Positions 12,225 to 25,410 of a stretch of 64,000 nucleotides of DNA are shown in pieces. The notes beneath the pieces are model-generated. The model was not told where the DNA came from. It searched no databases and saw nothing but the letters and a program-made list of their open reading frames with translations. The DNA lies in contig OZ024740.1 in the NCBI GenBank assembly GCA_964016885.1, positions 378,510,001 to 378,574,000 on the forward strand, read 5' to 3'. Within the stretch, counting starts at the first letter, position 1. The number at the start of each line of letters is the position of its first letter. Origin of the DNA: Eledone cirrhosa. Taxonomy: Eukaryota. A program made the translations under genes and the position numbers.

Positions 12225-13190
12225 CTTACAGTCATATGTTCAATTCTCAGTGGCACATTGTGTCCATGAGCAAGACACTTCATATTATGTTGCTCCTGTC
12301 TACTCAGTTGACAAAAAGTGAGTTATAATCTCCTACTTACACTTGATAGGTTTGATGCTGAGTGCTGCATAGCTTGATGAAAATTCAAGGAAGCCTGCAC
12401 AGTGCACTTTACTTGTGAATGGAGTTACACTGAAGCAGGTGGAGAAGTTCAAGTATCTCTTGGTCATATTCACGGGTGATGGAATGCAGGAGGCTGAATT
12501 ATGTGCAAGAATTGCAGGAGTGGGTGCAGTAATGTGCTAACTTCAGCATTTGGTAATTAAAAGAAGGAAGATAGGTCTAAAAGCCAAGCTCACTATCTTT
12601 AATTCAGTATCCGTGCCAACCCTTACCTATGGTCATGAATCTTGGGTAATGACTGAAAGAACACAATCGCGAATACAAACAGCTGAAATGGGTTCCTCCG
12701 AAGAGTCTTTGGAGTAATGTTACTCAATAGAATGTGTAGCTTGGAGATCAGAGAGTCACTCTAGGTAGAACTTCTACTTCTCCAAACTGAGAGATCACAG
12801 CTCCGATACTACTGGCATGTGGTTAGAATGTCTCAGGAAAGAATCACGGCAAAACCAACCGGCAAGAAACCTAGGAGTAGACTCCAAGCAAGATGGTTGG
12901 ATAATATCCATGAGCTTGGGGATCCAGCTGAATTAGTTGGAGACAGTTGCGTTTGACAGGATCCACTGGTAGGAGTGTTTGAGGACTCAGCCTCCATGGC
13001 TCTCTCAGGAATAAGTGGGCAAAGAAGAAAAGACGAGCCTTGTCACACACTGTTTCATACTCAGTCTCCCTGTGAATTGTGTTAAGAGTACACATGCCTG
13101 TGGAATGCTCAGCTACTTATGTATTAATTTCACAAGCCGGCTGTACCATTGATCAAACAACTAGAAAACTTGTTTGAACCAACAAAGGTC
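12225..13190 (+). mobile_element. SINE interrupted by an RTE-like LINE fragment (about 12340-13032)
   Basis: SINE head (GTTCAATT...TGTGTCCATGAGCAAGACACTT) at 12225-12330 and body at 13035-13190 match the reverse complement of 47375-47680. The insert encodes decayed LKQVEKFKYL...LTYGHESW...LRYYWHV. Confidence 0.65.
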
Positions 13191-14134
13191 CAACGCACAC
13201 ATATCTATTTGTTTGTGTCTTGATTGTTTGTCTTTTCTCTTCCCATTTAACATTTTTGGTGGTGATATTTGTTTATTTTCTCGAGAAACAAAGATGTCAC
13301 AACTATGGGCAAAGATTTACTTAAAATGCATATTGAGGTTGGTATCATGAAGGACATCTGACTAGAATTTTCTGTCATAAAGTCTCATTCAATCTATGAC
13401 AGCATGAAAAAACCATGCAAAACTGATGATGATGTATCTTCAGTGTAATTTATGAATATCTTTTTCATTTTTAATGTATTATTATTTGAACAATGTTCAG
13501 TATAGATATCTCACATTTGGTGTAACATGAATTTAGAAACTTGGAATTAAAAATGAAACATCAAAACATATTTGTTTCTAATAAATTCAAAATGAAATGT
13601 CAAAATATATATTTATTTTCATTAAATGGCCGATGTAATAAAAGTTCTGGATTAAATGCATAACCATTTAGTTTTTTCACATGAGGTTTGGGATTCTATT
13701 GTCATGTTGACCTTACTTTTCAGCTTCTGAAACTAATAGAGTAGATTCCAACAATATGATGATGATGATGATTGATGAAAAAACCCATCACTCCTTCAAA
13801 TTGAACAAAGGAAACTATATTTCTTATTGTTGATAATATCTGACAGTTACATCTCTTGGCAGAAGTGTTGCTGTTTTTCTCCCCCCAGTGATAAGAGATG
13901 GGATTTGAACTCATAATGTATAGAGCTGGAATAGATACTAAAGGGATTTAACAGTTCTGGCAATAAACCACTCATGGATTGGTACTTTATTTATTGATTC
14001 TGATTTGAACTCGTGGACAGAGAACAAGAACAAATATCAAAGTATTCTTTCTTTTCTGCCTTATAGACTGTCTGTTTAGTTATTAAATAAAGTATAACTG
14101 ATTGTTTTTCTTGTTGCATATCAACAAATTCTTC

Positions 14135-14640
14135 TTTTTCTTCTCCTCCTCTTTGGGATGTCATGGGGGCAGAGTCCTCAGACATACCTTCCAGAGGATC
14201 CAATCAGAAGCAACCATCTCCAATTGATCCAGCTGGATCTCCAAGTGAGACCGATTGAGCTCATGGATGTTATCTAACCATCTTGTTTGTGGTTTGCCTT
14301 TGGGTCTCTTGTTGGTTGGCTTTGCCTGTAAAATCTGCCCAGTAATTATTTTTTTAGACATTTTAACCACATGTCCATAATACTGGAGCTGTGATCTCTT
14401 GATTCGGTGGATTAGCAACTCTACTTGGAATGACACTGGTCTCTGAGGTATGCACCCTATCGAGTAAGGTTACTCCAATGACCCTTCAGAAGTACCCCAT
14501 TTCAGCTGTTTCAATTTGTGATCATATTCTTTTGGTCATTACCCAAGATTCATGATCATAGGTAATGGTAGGCACAAATACCGAATTGAAGATATGTTTG
14601 GATTTACACCTACTCCACTTTTGCTGTCCGAGTTGGCACA
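14135..14640 (-). mobile_element. RTE-like LINE 3' fragment
   Basis: ORF 14161-14436 QLQYYGHVVKM...KRPKGKPQTRWLD. Confidence 0.75.
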
Positions 14641-15771
14641 TTACTGCAACAACTGTAAATCTTGCATTGAATTCTTACACAAAAATACTTGGCAAAACAT
14701 TCTAAAATTTAATGCAACTTATAAGAACTTTTACCAGTTGTACTAGTCAGTTAATACTATGTTCTTCAATAAGTAAAGAATCTCAATATTTACTAGTTTG
14801 CTAATGGCAGATAGGAAGAATATTTATTTGGATTTTGTGTTTTTATATTTTTTTTATTAAATTTCTTTTACCAGTTTCTGTAGACAATATTTTTCACAAA
14901 AAGTGTCCTTAGGATGGCCATGAGTTTTTCTTTGTTTATAAAGTACTTTATTGGCATGAATTAAAAATATTTCTGGTAATTCTATTCTGGAAAACAAAAC
15001 AAAACATTTTTCTTTTCTTACCTTCCATGAAGCATTTTGGTTTGGAGTTTAAAAAATGCATCAGTTGGTGACATTTAAATTATTGCTGCACTTTGACATA
15101 TTAAAAAACTCACATCATTATCATATTAATGAAACATCTTTAGTTATTTTGAAATAAATCTAATTAACCTCTTTACCATATATTTAATGTGAGTAAAGTG
15201 CTCATCATCTACATTATTTACAAACAGCATAGACATATATTTTGGTTATATCTATGTTCATGAACAATGCAGTTTGTCATTTACATGATGATCTGTAATG
15301 ATTTGATTAGGAACTGTTTTCAGAAATTTCTTCATAGTTGTCATAGAGTTTACATCTTTGACATTTAAACATAAGTGTTTTATTACACAGAATAAAGTTT
15401 AATTGCACCAAAGCTAAACATATCTAAGATAATAATGCAAAATGTAAATTATTGCTACTAAAGATGGACATGTTTTTCTTCAAATACCTTAAACACAGGG
15501 ACATGGAAAAGGAATGGCATACATTTGTGAAGAAATGGAAGGGAATTACCAAATATAGTAATTAACATCAATGACCTTATCTCAATAATTATTAAGTTGA
15601 TATAAATGTAAATCAATGATTTAATCTGGTTATTGGCTGCCACAGCCATCTATTATGAATAAAAGGATGTATTAATCTATTTTTCTAGACTTGTGTGTAG
15701 TTAAAATCTTGTTCAACAAGTTGACTTTATTGATCATTTTTCTTATGTTGACAAGTTATGCACTAGTAACA

Positions 15772-16642
15772 TATCATCATCGTTTTTGTCCGCATTTCCA
15801 CGCTTGCATTGGTTGGACGGGTCCTTCTCAGCACAGCATCTCTCCACTTGTCATGTTCCTTCGTCATCTCTGCCAGTCTTAACGATTTGAGGTCTGCCTT
15901 CAGAACCTCTGTCCAAGTCTTTCTTGGACGTCCTCTATTGCGGCTTCCTTCCACTGGGATTTCCTGGCATTTTTTTACCCATTGGTCATTGTCCATGTGC
16001 ATCACATGTACATACCAATGCAGTCTTCTCTCCTGCACACCATCTCAGATTCCCCTTAAGTCCAACTTCTCTTTCAGCTCATCCAAGCTTGTCCTTTTCT
16101 CACATTCACATTGCACATCCAACAAAACATGGTTGCTTCATTTCTTTCCAGTCTACGCATGTCTTCTGCAGTCACAGCCATGCAGCACACCACACACAGG
16201 CATCATACAACCTTCCTTTTGTATGTAGAGAGAAACCTTATGTTGTCAGCAGTGGGAGCAGTTCTCTAAACTTCTTCCATCCTATCCTTATTCTAGCTAT
16301 TATACTCTTGGCGCATGTCCCTCTGCTGCTAATTATGTCACCTAGATAGCAGAAGCTATCAACCACGTCTATGGATCCCTTCTGTGACTGGAAAAGGTTT
16401 ATATCATTAGCAGTCATCCTCTCTATTTCTCCTGTGCATCTTCTACAAGCAAAGTTCTCACTTCCTGTTAGTCTACTCGTTATCCCACTACATCTTTTGT
16501 GTACCCAAGATTTACATTGTATGGTGTTTATGCCTATTCCTTTTCTGCATATTGAGCATGACCACTTCTCTGAGGGAATGCAAGTCTTGTATTCTCTTCT
16601 ACATACTAGCACTTTAGTTTTGGCTAAGTTTACTCTCAGGCC
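15772..16642 (-). mobile_element. RTE LINE fragment (PHD-bearing family), decayed
   Basis: ORFs 16238-16726 and 15763-16038 are colinear with 11137-12126: LRVNLAKTKVL, CSIC...WVHKRC...CRRC, VDSFCYLG, GRPRKTW; (GAT)n tail. Confidence 0.85.
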
Positions 16643-16761
16643 TGCTATAGGGTAGAACGTTGCTCCTTCTACCTGGAGTTGCGACCGATAGATAGTACTA
16701 GCAACTGGAAAGACCGATGAAAACATTGTTTACTTGGTCCGATTTGACGAAAGTCGATTGA

Positions 16762-16797
<36 letters not shown>

Positions 16798-16914
16798 TAT
16801 ATATATTTACACACATATATGTACACACACATATACATAAATGTGCGTGCGTTTTTTTGTGTGTGTGTGGTAGAGAGAAAAACGTGCGCGTGTATATATA
16901 TATGTGTGCACGCA

Positions 16915-17790
16915 TATCATCATTTAACGTATGTTTTTCTATGCTGGCATGGGTGTGACGGTTTATCACAGACCTATTCGGAGTTACCGTTCTCCTAGAC
17001 CGGACGCTGGCTACGTCTCATCTAGGCGCCAATTTTGGCATGGCTTCTTATGCTGGATGCTCTTCCTAACGTCAACCATTTTACAGAATGAACTGAGTGC
17101 ATATTATCGTGACACCAGCACTAGTGAGTTTACCCTGGGACTCGCAAGACTAAAGGGTACTCATTACCTTGCGTTGTTTCCATTCAATCAAATGAACGTG
17201 AACCCTGAGTTTGGAAAAAGGTGTGAGGGTATGATGGGAGAAACAGTGAAATAGGGTGAGGAGGGGATAGAGAGGCACTATTTTAGGATTCTTTTCGCCA
17301 TGGTTGCAGAAAGAGCAAGGTTCTACAGTACGTATCGCCAATCATGTTCTTCGCCATCTCTGTTGTGAGGGTTAACTTTCTAAGGTCGGTCTTCACTACT
17401 TCGTCTCAGGTTTTCGAAGCTATCCTTCTTTCACAGTTTCCATCCACTTTGAGTGTCCTCCTGATGCATCTCAGCCCATGTCAGCGTAATCTTCTCTCCT
17501 GCACACTACACCCGATTCCTCTTATTCCCTAAGCTCGTTTGTGCCCTATTGTTCATGCACACTATCGTTACACGTCCAAGGAACTGCATGCTTCATTTCT
17601 TTCTAGTTTCCGAAAACCTTCAGTATTCATGGACCATGTTTCGTTACCTTGCAGCTTTGCACTTCGTACACAAATATTGTACAATTTGCCCTACACTCTA
17701 AGAGAGAAACTCTTTGATGCTTGTATAGGTAATATTTTCTGAAACATTTTCCATCTTGCTACTATGCTTTTAGAACACCCACTCTACCTA
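16915..17790 (-). mobile_element. RTE LINE 3' fragment, strongly decayed
   Basis: Similar to the 3' halves of the two RTE copies above, including the 3' UTR and CATCATCATTTAACGT end. Confidence 0.6.
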
Positions 17791-17799
17791 AGGCAAATT

Positions 17800-18890
17800 G
17801 AGGAACCCCAACGATCCACGATCACCTTGACCACTAAGGAGGAGTGCTCTCGTGATCGATTCGTTCGTCAATTGGATCCGTGCTACATACAACAGTTTTT
17901 CAACATAACTTCACAATGCTCGGACATTGAACGAATGCGTTTCGTCACTCTGCGCGCACACCGGAAAAGCCTGTATGACAGCACTTCCATGTCTATAGAG
18001 TTATCTCGAATCAGCATTGACCTCCCCCCTCCCCATCTCAGGTAGCACTGCCAAGCAAAAGATTATCCGTAACCCCTGAGCCGAAAGTCCCCCAGAATAG
18101 ACTAGCCACTTCGTTCTCATCGATACCCTAAGTCTTTCCGAGGACGTCATCACACTTAACCGCCACTATTACTCAATAGATTCCTGATCTGGGACTTTCG
18201 ACGATCGCATAGCCCGACTGGTAGAGAGATGTAAGCGTCTGACAACATTCCAGATGCCAGGCGACCAGCCTTGATCATTCTTCGTCCATGACTGCAGCCC
18301 CTCATGAGAATCGAGCTGCGCAAAAGCGTATCTGACAAAAGGCGACCTCATCTACTCAGCATTCACGAATAGTTGAACACTGTTCAACTATTCCTGAATG
18401 CTGAGTAGATGTGGCATGTTTAATGAACATGCTATGACTTCACGCATGTTTGCCCATCAACAACCATGATATGCCGAATCTCCAGCGCAGGGGAATAGGT
18501 GAACCACCTAACTAGTAGGATGCGGTTCTTCCCCAAGATGCGGAAGACGAGTCGACCCAATCAGTTCATACGAAGACCAGGTCAGTCGATAAATACGACA
18601 GAGACGATCTAAACATTCACCACCTCTGTTCTATCTTTCATGGATATCTTTCTCTCGAACAATTTTTGAGTGTGATTGGCTACTCTGCTTGTAACTTCGC
18701 TTCAGTTCCTGTCCCCCTGGAGGTTAGAATTGAACCAGGTCCCAAGCAGCTTAACTGACCCTTCCGTTCAGTGCCCCACGACACTGTCTGAGCCACAAGC
18801 CTACTAACTTCGGATTGATCTTTCCTCCTGTCACCTTAACTTACTCCTTTCGAAGAGTGCCAACCACCTCCACATTCACGGTGTCACACA
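17800..18890 (-). mobile_element. Tx1/L1-like LINE fragment, decayed
   Basis: More GC-rich stretch; minus-strand peptides such as RSPFVRYAFAQL...LQSW and an upstream VKLLG-like segment resemble Tx1-type RT C-termini. Confidence 0.5.
18349..18411. repeat. 63-bp near-perfect palindrome
   Basis: CATCTACTCAGCATTCACGAATAGTTGAACA-C-TGTTCAACTATTCCTGAATGCTGAGTAGATG; 31-bp arms, one mismatch. Confidence 0.9.
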
Positions 18891-20288
18891 CTATTACATT
18901 GTGCGATCACGGCTCTCCAGTGTCTCAGTCTGTTAAATCATATCAACAATTTATTTAGTTACACTAAATATCAGAAATGTTGCTTGCTTAATAGTTTATT
19001 CACATTATGGCCCACCCTATCTATGCCGAGGAGAGAGAGAGAGAGAGAGAGAGAAGGTATAGATGGAGTATGTAGTAACGTATTTTATAACTTCCTTTGC
19101 AAAAAAGCTATTTGATCTTTTTTGGATGATGCATTATTTTAATCTTAGTATAAAACATTTTCTCTTGTTGAAGTGATTCTTGTAAAATTTAGCTATTGTT
19201 TTAAAACGTACATTGCCCTGTCATAACATGTCAGATTTTGTAAGGAGCTAAAATGTTAACCTAAAATTAATGAAGTTGTTTGCACAAAGTAAAAGATGTG
19301 AGAAATATATAAAGTGGAAAGGTATGAAGAAAAAATTAAATTGAACAACAAGAAAGCACTGTCTTTTTAATCCACTAATAGATTTGCAGAATTTCCTCCA
19401 TGAATTGTATGACCATAAGCCGCTTCGGTGCTACCAACATGTATATATATATATACACACACATGTATAGAGTTCTTATGGTTAGTGAAAAGAAATCACA
19501 TAAAAATATAAGATTAAAAAAATAATACTTAAATTAATGAAGCCTTCGAAAAAAACAAACAAACAAAACTGTGTAGTTTGTAGTATCTTAGATGCACATA
19601 CTGTATCTTAGACATAACATTTTCTTAAATATGTTGTTACGTATCGTAGAAAATATTCTTACCATCGGCTGAAATCAACAATAACGAATATAGATATATC
19701 TGCTGAAAATACTTGAAAATGGTATAAACAATTTTCTTGTTTAGATGCTTTTGAATTACAGGTCTTTGGGTTATTTTAAGTAATGTAGCTAATAGCAGAT
19801 AGATTATTTTTTCTTTGAAAATTCCTGCAATTTTTCCCTTTCATTTTTATTATTGAGTTTGAAAAACGAATTTTCTGAAAGCATGCACAATTTATTGGCC
19901 AACAATGGCTTCGTATAAACTATTCCAACATTTGTAGTTCTTTCTTTGCAGAGCATTTATTTTCCATTATCACAGCAAAATCGATTTCCCGGAGATGTTT
20001 TTGTGAGCATTTATTAGCCTATTCGGTTCCATTTTTACACATATTGAAAATATTTCTCAGTTTTGTGGAAATACAGGGGATAATATAAAGTGTGTTCAAA
20101 CTCCATACCTTTCACAGTGAGGCTTAAAAAAAACAAACTAGTTATATCTACAATTGACAGATTTATTATATTGCGCAACGGATGCATGTCATGCAAATTT
20201 GACTAGCCATGTCAGTAAAGTGTTACATTTTGCTCGGCATAAATAGTGACCATTATAAAATTCCCTCTGACGATAGAATCATAAGGGT

Positions 20289-20619
20289 AATTTATCTTCT
20301 AACGAAGAAACAATAATCTCTGAAACGCATAAGAGTAATGTTTTCCCTGTTCAGAGGAAATAATAGAATTGTATATATATATATATTTGTATATATAGTA
20401 GGACCCCGACAGCTGAGTAGGACCCCGACGGAACGAGTAGGACCCCGACGGAACGAGTAAGTAGGACCCCGACGGCTAATTCTGTCCAGAATTAGCCGTC
20501 GAAACGGCTTGAGCTCAGCCGTCGGGGTCCTACTCGTTCCTATTACCCACTCTACTACCCTAAGTATTGAGTACTTTGGTGCGTTATGGTCCACCTGGTT
20601 CCTTACCACATTTCCTTCG

Positions 20620-20655
<36 letters not shown>

Positions 20656-21037
20656 TCACTCTCTGTTTCTCCCCTTCTCACTTCCTCCCGTTTGGCTAGT
20701 AGTGGGTTCTCTTCTTGCTCACATCTCACTCACGTCGGACGGTCTGTATCTTGATCGCTCATGAAATACACCCAGCTTTTATGCTGACCGGATAACCATG
20801 CTGCTTGTTTATTCTCATCTTTGCGTTGCTTTCATCCTTCTATATTGTTTACTTGTCTCACTCGCTTTACGCGATTTACTTGTCCCAATAGCTTTTTTTA
20901 GTTATTGCTCGCACCAACCTGAGATATATGATTTTTAATGCGACGAAATATCAATGATGGTTGGCAAATCACTGACGAAGGACTAATTTTATCATATGTA
21001 ACCCATGTGCAACCACGCAGTATTCTTCTTTCTTCTC

Positions 21038-21126
<89 letters not shown>

Positions 21127-21212
21127 CTATTATTTCCTCTGAACAGGGAAAACATAAAACATTACTCTTATGCGTTTCAGAGATTATTATTTCTTCGTTA
21201 GAAGATAAATTA
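20289..21212. mobile_element. Inverted pair of Penelope-like pseudo-LTR fragments with decayed hammerhead
   Basis: 20289-20370 is the reverse complement of 21123-21212. Each contains CTAACGA-stem-GAAACGCATA (G5 mutated) and borders (TA)n. Confidence 0.6.
20398..20620 (+). repeat. Foldback/tandem element in (TA)n containing a hammerhead-like three-way junction lacking CUGANGA
   Basis: Four direct copies of GTAGGACCCCGAC, a hairpin GACGGCTAATTCTG/CAGAATTAGCCGTC, then GAAA CGGCT TGAGCTC AGCCG TC GGGGTCCTAC. Confidence 0.75.
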
Positions 21213-21222
21213 TATATATATA

Positions 21223-24200
21223 TGTAACGGAATTCTCCTATAAATTACCCGGCGAAGATTCGAAACCGAATCTAAGAGTTCTCGCCTCTGGGACCACCTA
21301 TTGTTGGGAGTTTCCCACCATTGACCTGTCAAGATAAACGTACATACCACTTGACCTGTGACCCCAGCTTTTTGACAGATGAAACACACATGGCTACTCA
21401 TAGATCAACCCATATACACATCCTTCTAGCTATAGGGTTGTAGTAAGCCGCCTTACGCCCCCTGTCGGATAATGGACCAGGCCTAGTTGTCTCCCCCTGG
21501 TTGAGAACACTATTTAAGTAAGCAGCAGTATTACTTTCTCGAACAAGCCACAGAGACAGCAAACGGCCTTTGTACCACGAAACAGCAGACGGCCTTTGTA
21601 CCACGAAACAGCAGACAGCCTTTGGACCACGAGATCACACAGATGTCAATACACTGAACTCCTATGCCGAAGCCACAAGGATAGTGTTGGCCGAGCACTA
21701 GCTCATAACTGATTTCACTTTACTGGTCCCGTCACATTGGTGACCCACGACAATTGTAATACATTGCCTTCATTTCAACTGATCACGTCTATATTGGTAT
21801 GTTGTTTCATTTGTAATATAACAAACACATAATAGACAAAATAAACATCATCCTTATTTACATTGTTGAATAGAACTCTCGTTGTGGTTATTATCTTATC
21901 TACACAGACGCCCACTCACTTGTTATAATTCTATGGAGTACCTATCCTCTCACTTACGAAAATGGTAAATAGACGAGGGACTTTCCCTCACGTCTATATT
22001 GATAAACTATCCAACAAGGATTCTTCATTACCATACTGGTAACCCCGACTAAAGAATTTTACGCAGCCTTTTATTCATTTGAACTTAAATATTTCACTGT
22101 TATTACCACGTTGCCAACCTTTTCGCAACTTACAAAAATACATAAAAAAAAAAGACAGAGAAATAATAATGTGTTTATACGGTATTGACAAAGTATACAA
22201 AAAACCATCCAAAAATGTTTCCAATATGGCGTTGCTTTTCCTCCGTTTTGCAATTTTCCCGCCAGGACAGGGACATTTTGAATTGCTTGTGTGTGTTCCA
22301 TATTTGATCAAGAGAAAAACTGTTTTTGTGAACATTACTGCCCCGCTGGGGATACACATGCCTTACTTTTTTTCTAAGGGATTTTTAGTCACAGGCTACC
22401 TATTGTTGATATCCAACGTGGATATATTCTAAAACAAACATTTTTTTTTCTCTTTTTCTCGGGTTATATGATTTGGCTGGCTCGTTGAAGCAACACAAGG
22501 GGACAGACGTTGAAGGAAAACATTAAAAAAAAAAAAATATATATATATATATGTACTTTATGTATTTTTGCTATTTCCTAATGTTTTGAATGTCTGTTTC
22601 TTTTTGACCTTTGATTTTTTTTTTTCCATTTTGGGTGTTTACTTTTCCCTGTACGAGGGAACATTAATTGCTGTTTCTATTTTTTTTTAGTCGTTTCACA
22701 ATGAATACGCCACATTTGCCCGCCTTTACCGGAAACCCTAAGCTGTGGTTCGCCCAGCTACAAGCGTATTTTACGGTCTGTAAGACCGAGTCTGACCAGC
22801 GCCTCGCTGTCTTGATTAGCGGACTTCCCCCCTAATTTAGCAGATTCGGTCCAAGACCTAATTACAGACCCCTCCTCTGACTTAACGTATGATTCTTTAA
22901 AAGGCGAGATCTTGAGAAGGAACTGTAAATCGGTAGAGAGTCGTTTTCGGTCATTGATCGAGGACGAACGACTAGGTGACAGAACCCCTACCGCCTTTCT
23001 CCGGCATTTGCGGGAATTGAGTGATTCCCAAGATCAGGATAGCCCTTTCCTAAAGCAATTGTTCTTCTCTCGCCTACCTCAAGAGGTACAGGCGATCCTA
23101 GCCCATATGCTAGAGTTAAACATACTCGACCACATTGCTGTCTCTGCCGACAAAATAGTAGAAGTGACGAAGAGAGACACTTCGAAGCAAAAGTACGTTG
23201 CTTCCTCTTCTCTTCCTCAATCACGCTCATCAGCGAGTGATGAGAAGTTGGCCAAAACTATGGAAGCCATCATATTGTTATTACCATGACAAATATGGTG
23301 ACAAAGCCGCCCGTTGTAGGCCTCCTTGTGCTTACAAGGGAAACGACGACCAGAGTCAGTCACTAACGGCGGATAGTGCGCTCTGTGAAACATCATCCAA
23401 CCGCCACTTTTTTTTGAGGACCTGCTATCAGGTAGAGCCTCTCTGGTTGACACAGGTGCAGCTTGTTCAATATGGCCTGTGTGTTGTATGAAGGAGACTC
23501 CCCCTGAGTCACCTATTGAGTTGCAGGCAGTAAATTGTTCACCGATTCGAACCTTCGGACAAATCTCGCTACTTTTGCAGTTCCGTAATCTGCGGCGTGA
23601 GTTTAAATGGATTTTTACTGTCGCTGCCTTGCCGTATCCGATTCTAGGCGCGGATTTTCTCCACCATTTTTCATTGACGGTGGACCTCCGTCGTAAACGC
23701 CTAATTGATGACATCACTGGTTTTTCTGTTGTTGGCAAGGCAGCAGGAGTTCCAACGGTTAGCCCGACCTTTTTTCTTGCTAACACCGCCTTACGCCTCC
23801 CCCCTGTCGGATAATGGACCAGGCCTAGTTGTCTCCCCCTAGTTGAGAACACTATTTAAGTAAGCAGCAGTATTACTTTCTCAAACAAGCCACAGAGACA
23901 GCAAACAGCAGACGACCTTTGTACCACGAAACAGCAGACAGCCTTTGGACCACGAGATCACACAGATGTCAATACACTGAACTCCTATGCCGAAGCCACA
24001 AGGATAGTGTTGGCCGAGCACTGGCTCATAACTGATTTCACTTTACTGGTCCCGTCACATTGGTGACCCAGACGTGGTCGTTACATTGGTGACCCAGACG
24101 TGGTCGTTACATTGGTGACCCACGACAATTGTAATACGTTGCCTTCATTTCAATTGATCACGTCTATATTGGTATGTTGTTTCATTTGTAATATAACAAA

Positions 24201-24408
24201 CACATAATAGACAAAATAAACATCATCCTTATGTACATTGTTGAATAGAACTCTCGTTGTGGTTATTATATTGTCTACACAGACACCCACTCACTTGTTA
24301 TAATTCTATGGAGCACCTATCCTCTCACTTACGAAAATGGTAAATAGACGAGGGACTTTCCCTCACGTCTATATTGATAAACTATCCAACAAGGATTCTT
24401 CATTACCA
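21223..24408 (+). mobile_element. Ty3/Gypsy CsRn1-like LTR retrotransposon, pol deleted, composite LTR
   Basis: Direct repeats 21448-22033 and 23786-24408; TG start at 21223; PBS TGGTAACCCCGAC at 22037; gag and protease remnants between. No TSD found. Confidence 0.85.
22701..23785 (+). pseudogene. Gag and aspartic protease remnants
   Basis: MNTPHLPAFTGNPKLWFAQL...LGDRTPTAFLRHLR, CHCC-type YYHDKYGDKAARCRPPC, LVDTGAACSIWP and PILGADFLHHF; frameshifted. Confidence 0.85.
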
Positions 24409-25376
24409 TAGGGTTATTATAAATAAAGTACTTAGGGAATCTACCAGAGGGTCACGAAGCACAGCAGTGCGAGAGGTTAACGATGAAGCCATTCACTTTT
24501 ACTCTCTCTCTCCTGGCCTTACAGGCTCTCACATTCTCGACCACAGGCTACATCACCAGACATACTGATAACACAGACAAGAGAAGAAAGTTCTGCTAAC
24601 ACCAGTTAGTTTACTATGCCCTCACATTTCATACCCGCTCGGCAAATTTGACCAATTACAGGACACGCACTAGGTTTCACATTGTTTACATCTACGCTTT
24701 ATCTATTCTTCCGTCTCCCTGTCATATTGTACTTCTGAAAGATACAACACAGCTTTTACTATATCGTTTACAATGCATTTACGCTAGCTCGAAGAAGCTA
24801 GTCAGCAAATTAATATAGTGATAATTGCTGTCACAATTTTATTATTCGATGTTCGGTGTACCAACAAGTGAATATTGTTATTGTAAAATAAACATTGCCA
24901 ACATCACAATTCTGGCATTATTCTTTTTATCATTCATCCTGAAAAGAATACATTTATCCACTACACCACACACACACACAATATATATATATATATATTT
25001 GAAAAGGGAGTAAAGTTCTTAAGGAGAGATGGTCACCATTTTAGAAGGCTGCGTTGTTTTTATGATTTAGAGGGGAGTTCGTTTCCCTAGCTTGGCTGGT
25101 AGAACATCTCTTCTAATTGTTGTTAAGGTGTAGGTACACAATTAAGCAAATAAAAAACATACCTCGAGATTATATATACATGAGTATTTTAATCAGAGCA
25201 ATTAACAAAACAGGTTATCGTATTAGTTGTTCCTAGGTTGGTAATTGGTAATTATCTTTAATTGTCGGTCTTCAATTATCCCGTGACCGCATGGTGTGCT
25301 ATCGCTGTTTCGCCATCGTGAAACGCGTCCGATCGCCTCTAGAGACAGCAGTCGAAGAGAGAGTTTATTCAGCTAC

Positions 25377-25410
25377 TGACGTCAGAACGTGACGTCAGAA
25401 CGTGACGTCA
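25377..25410. promoter_or_regulatory. Three tandem CRE palindromes (TGACGTCA) at 13-bp spacing
   Basis: TGACGTCAGAACG repeated three times; function not shown. Confidence 0.3.

Noticed and set aside
15020-15650. Possible decayed Sola-like transposase or minus-strand exons (DGCGSQ, HSF motifs)
   Set aside because: Only short motifs across many stops; not supportable without a search.
20292-20338. Active hammerhead in the 20.3/21.2 kb inverted repeat
   Set aside because: Essential G5 is A in both copies and stem I is mismatched; treated as a relic.
20398-20480. Short direct repeats resembling a CRISPR array
   Set aside because: No unique spacers, eukaryotic context and no cas genes.
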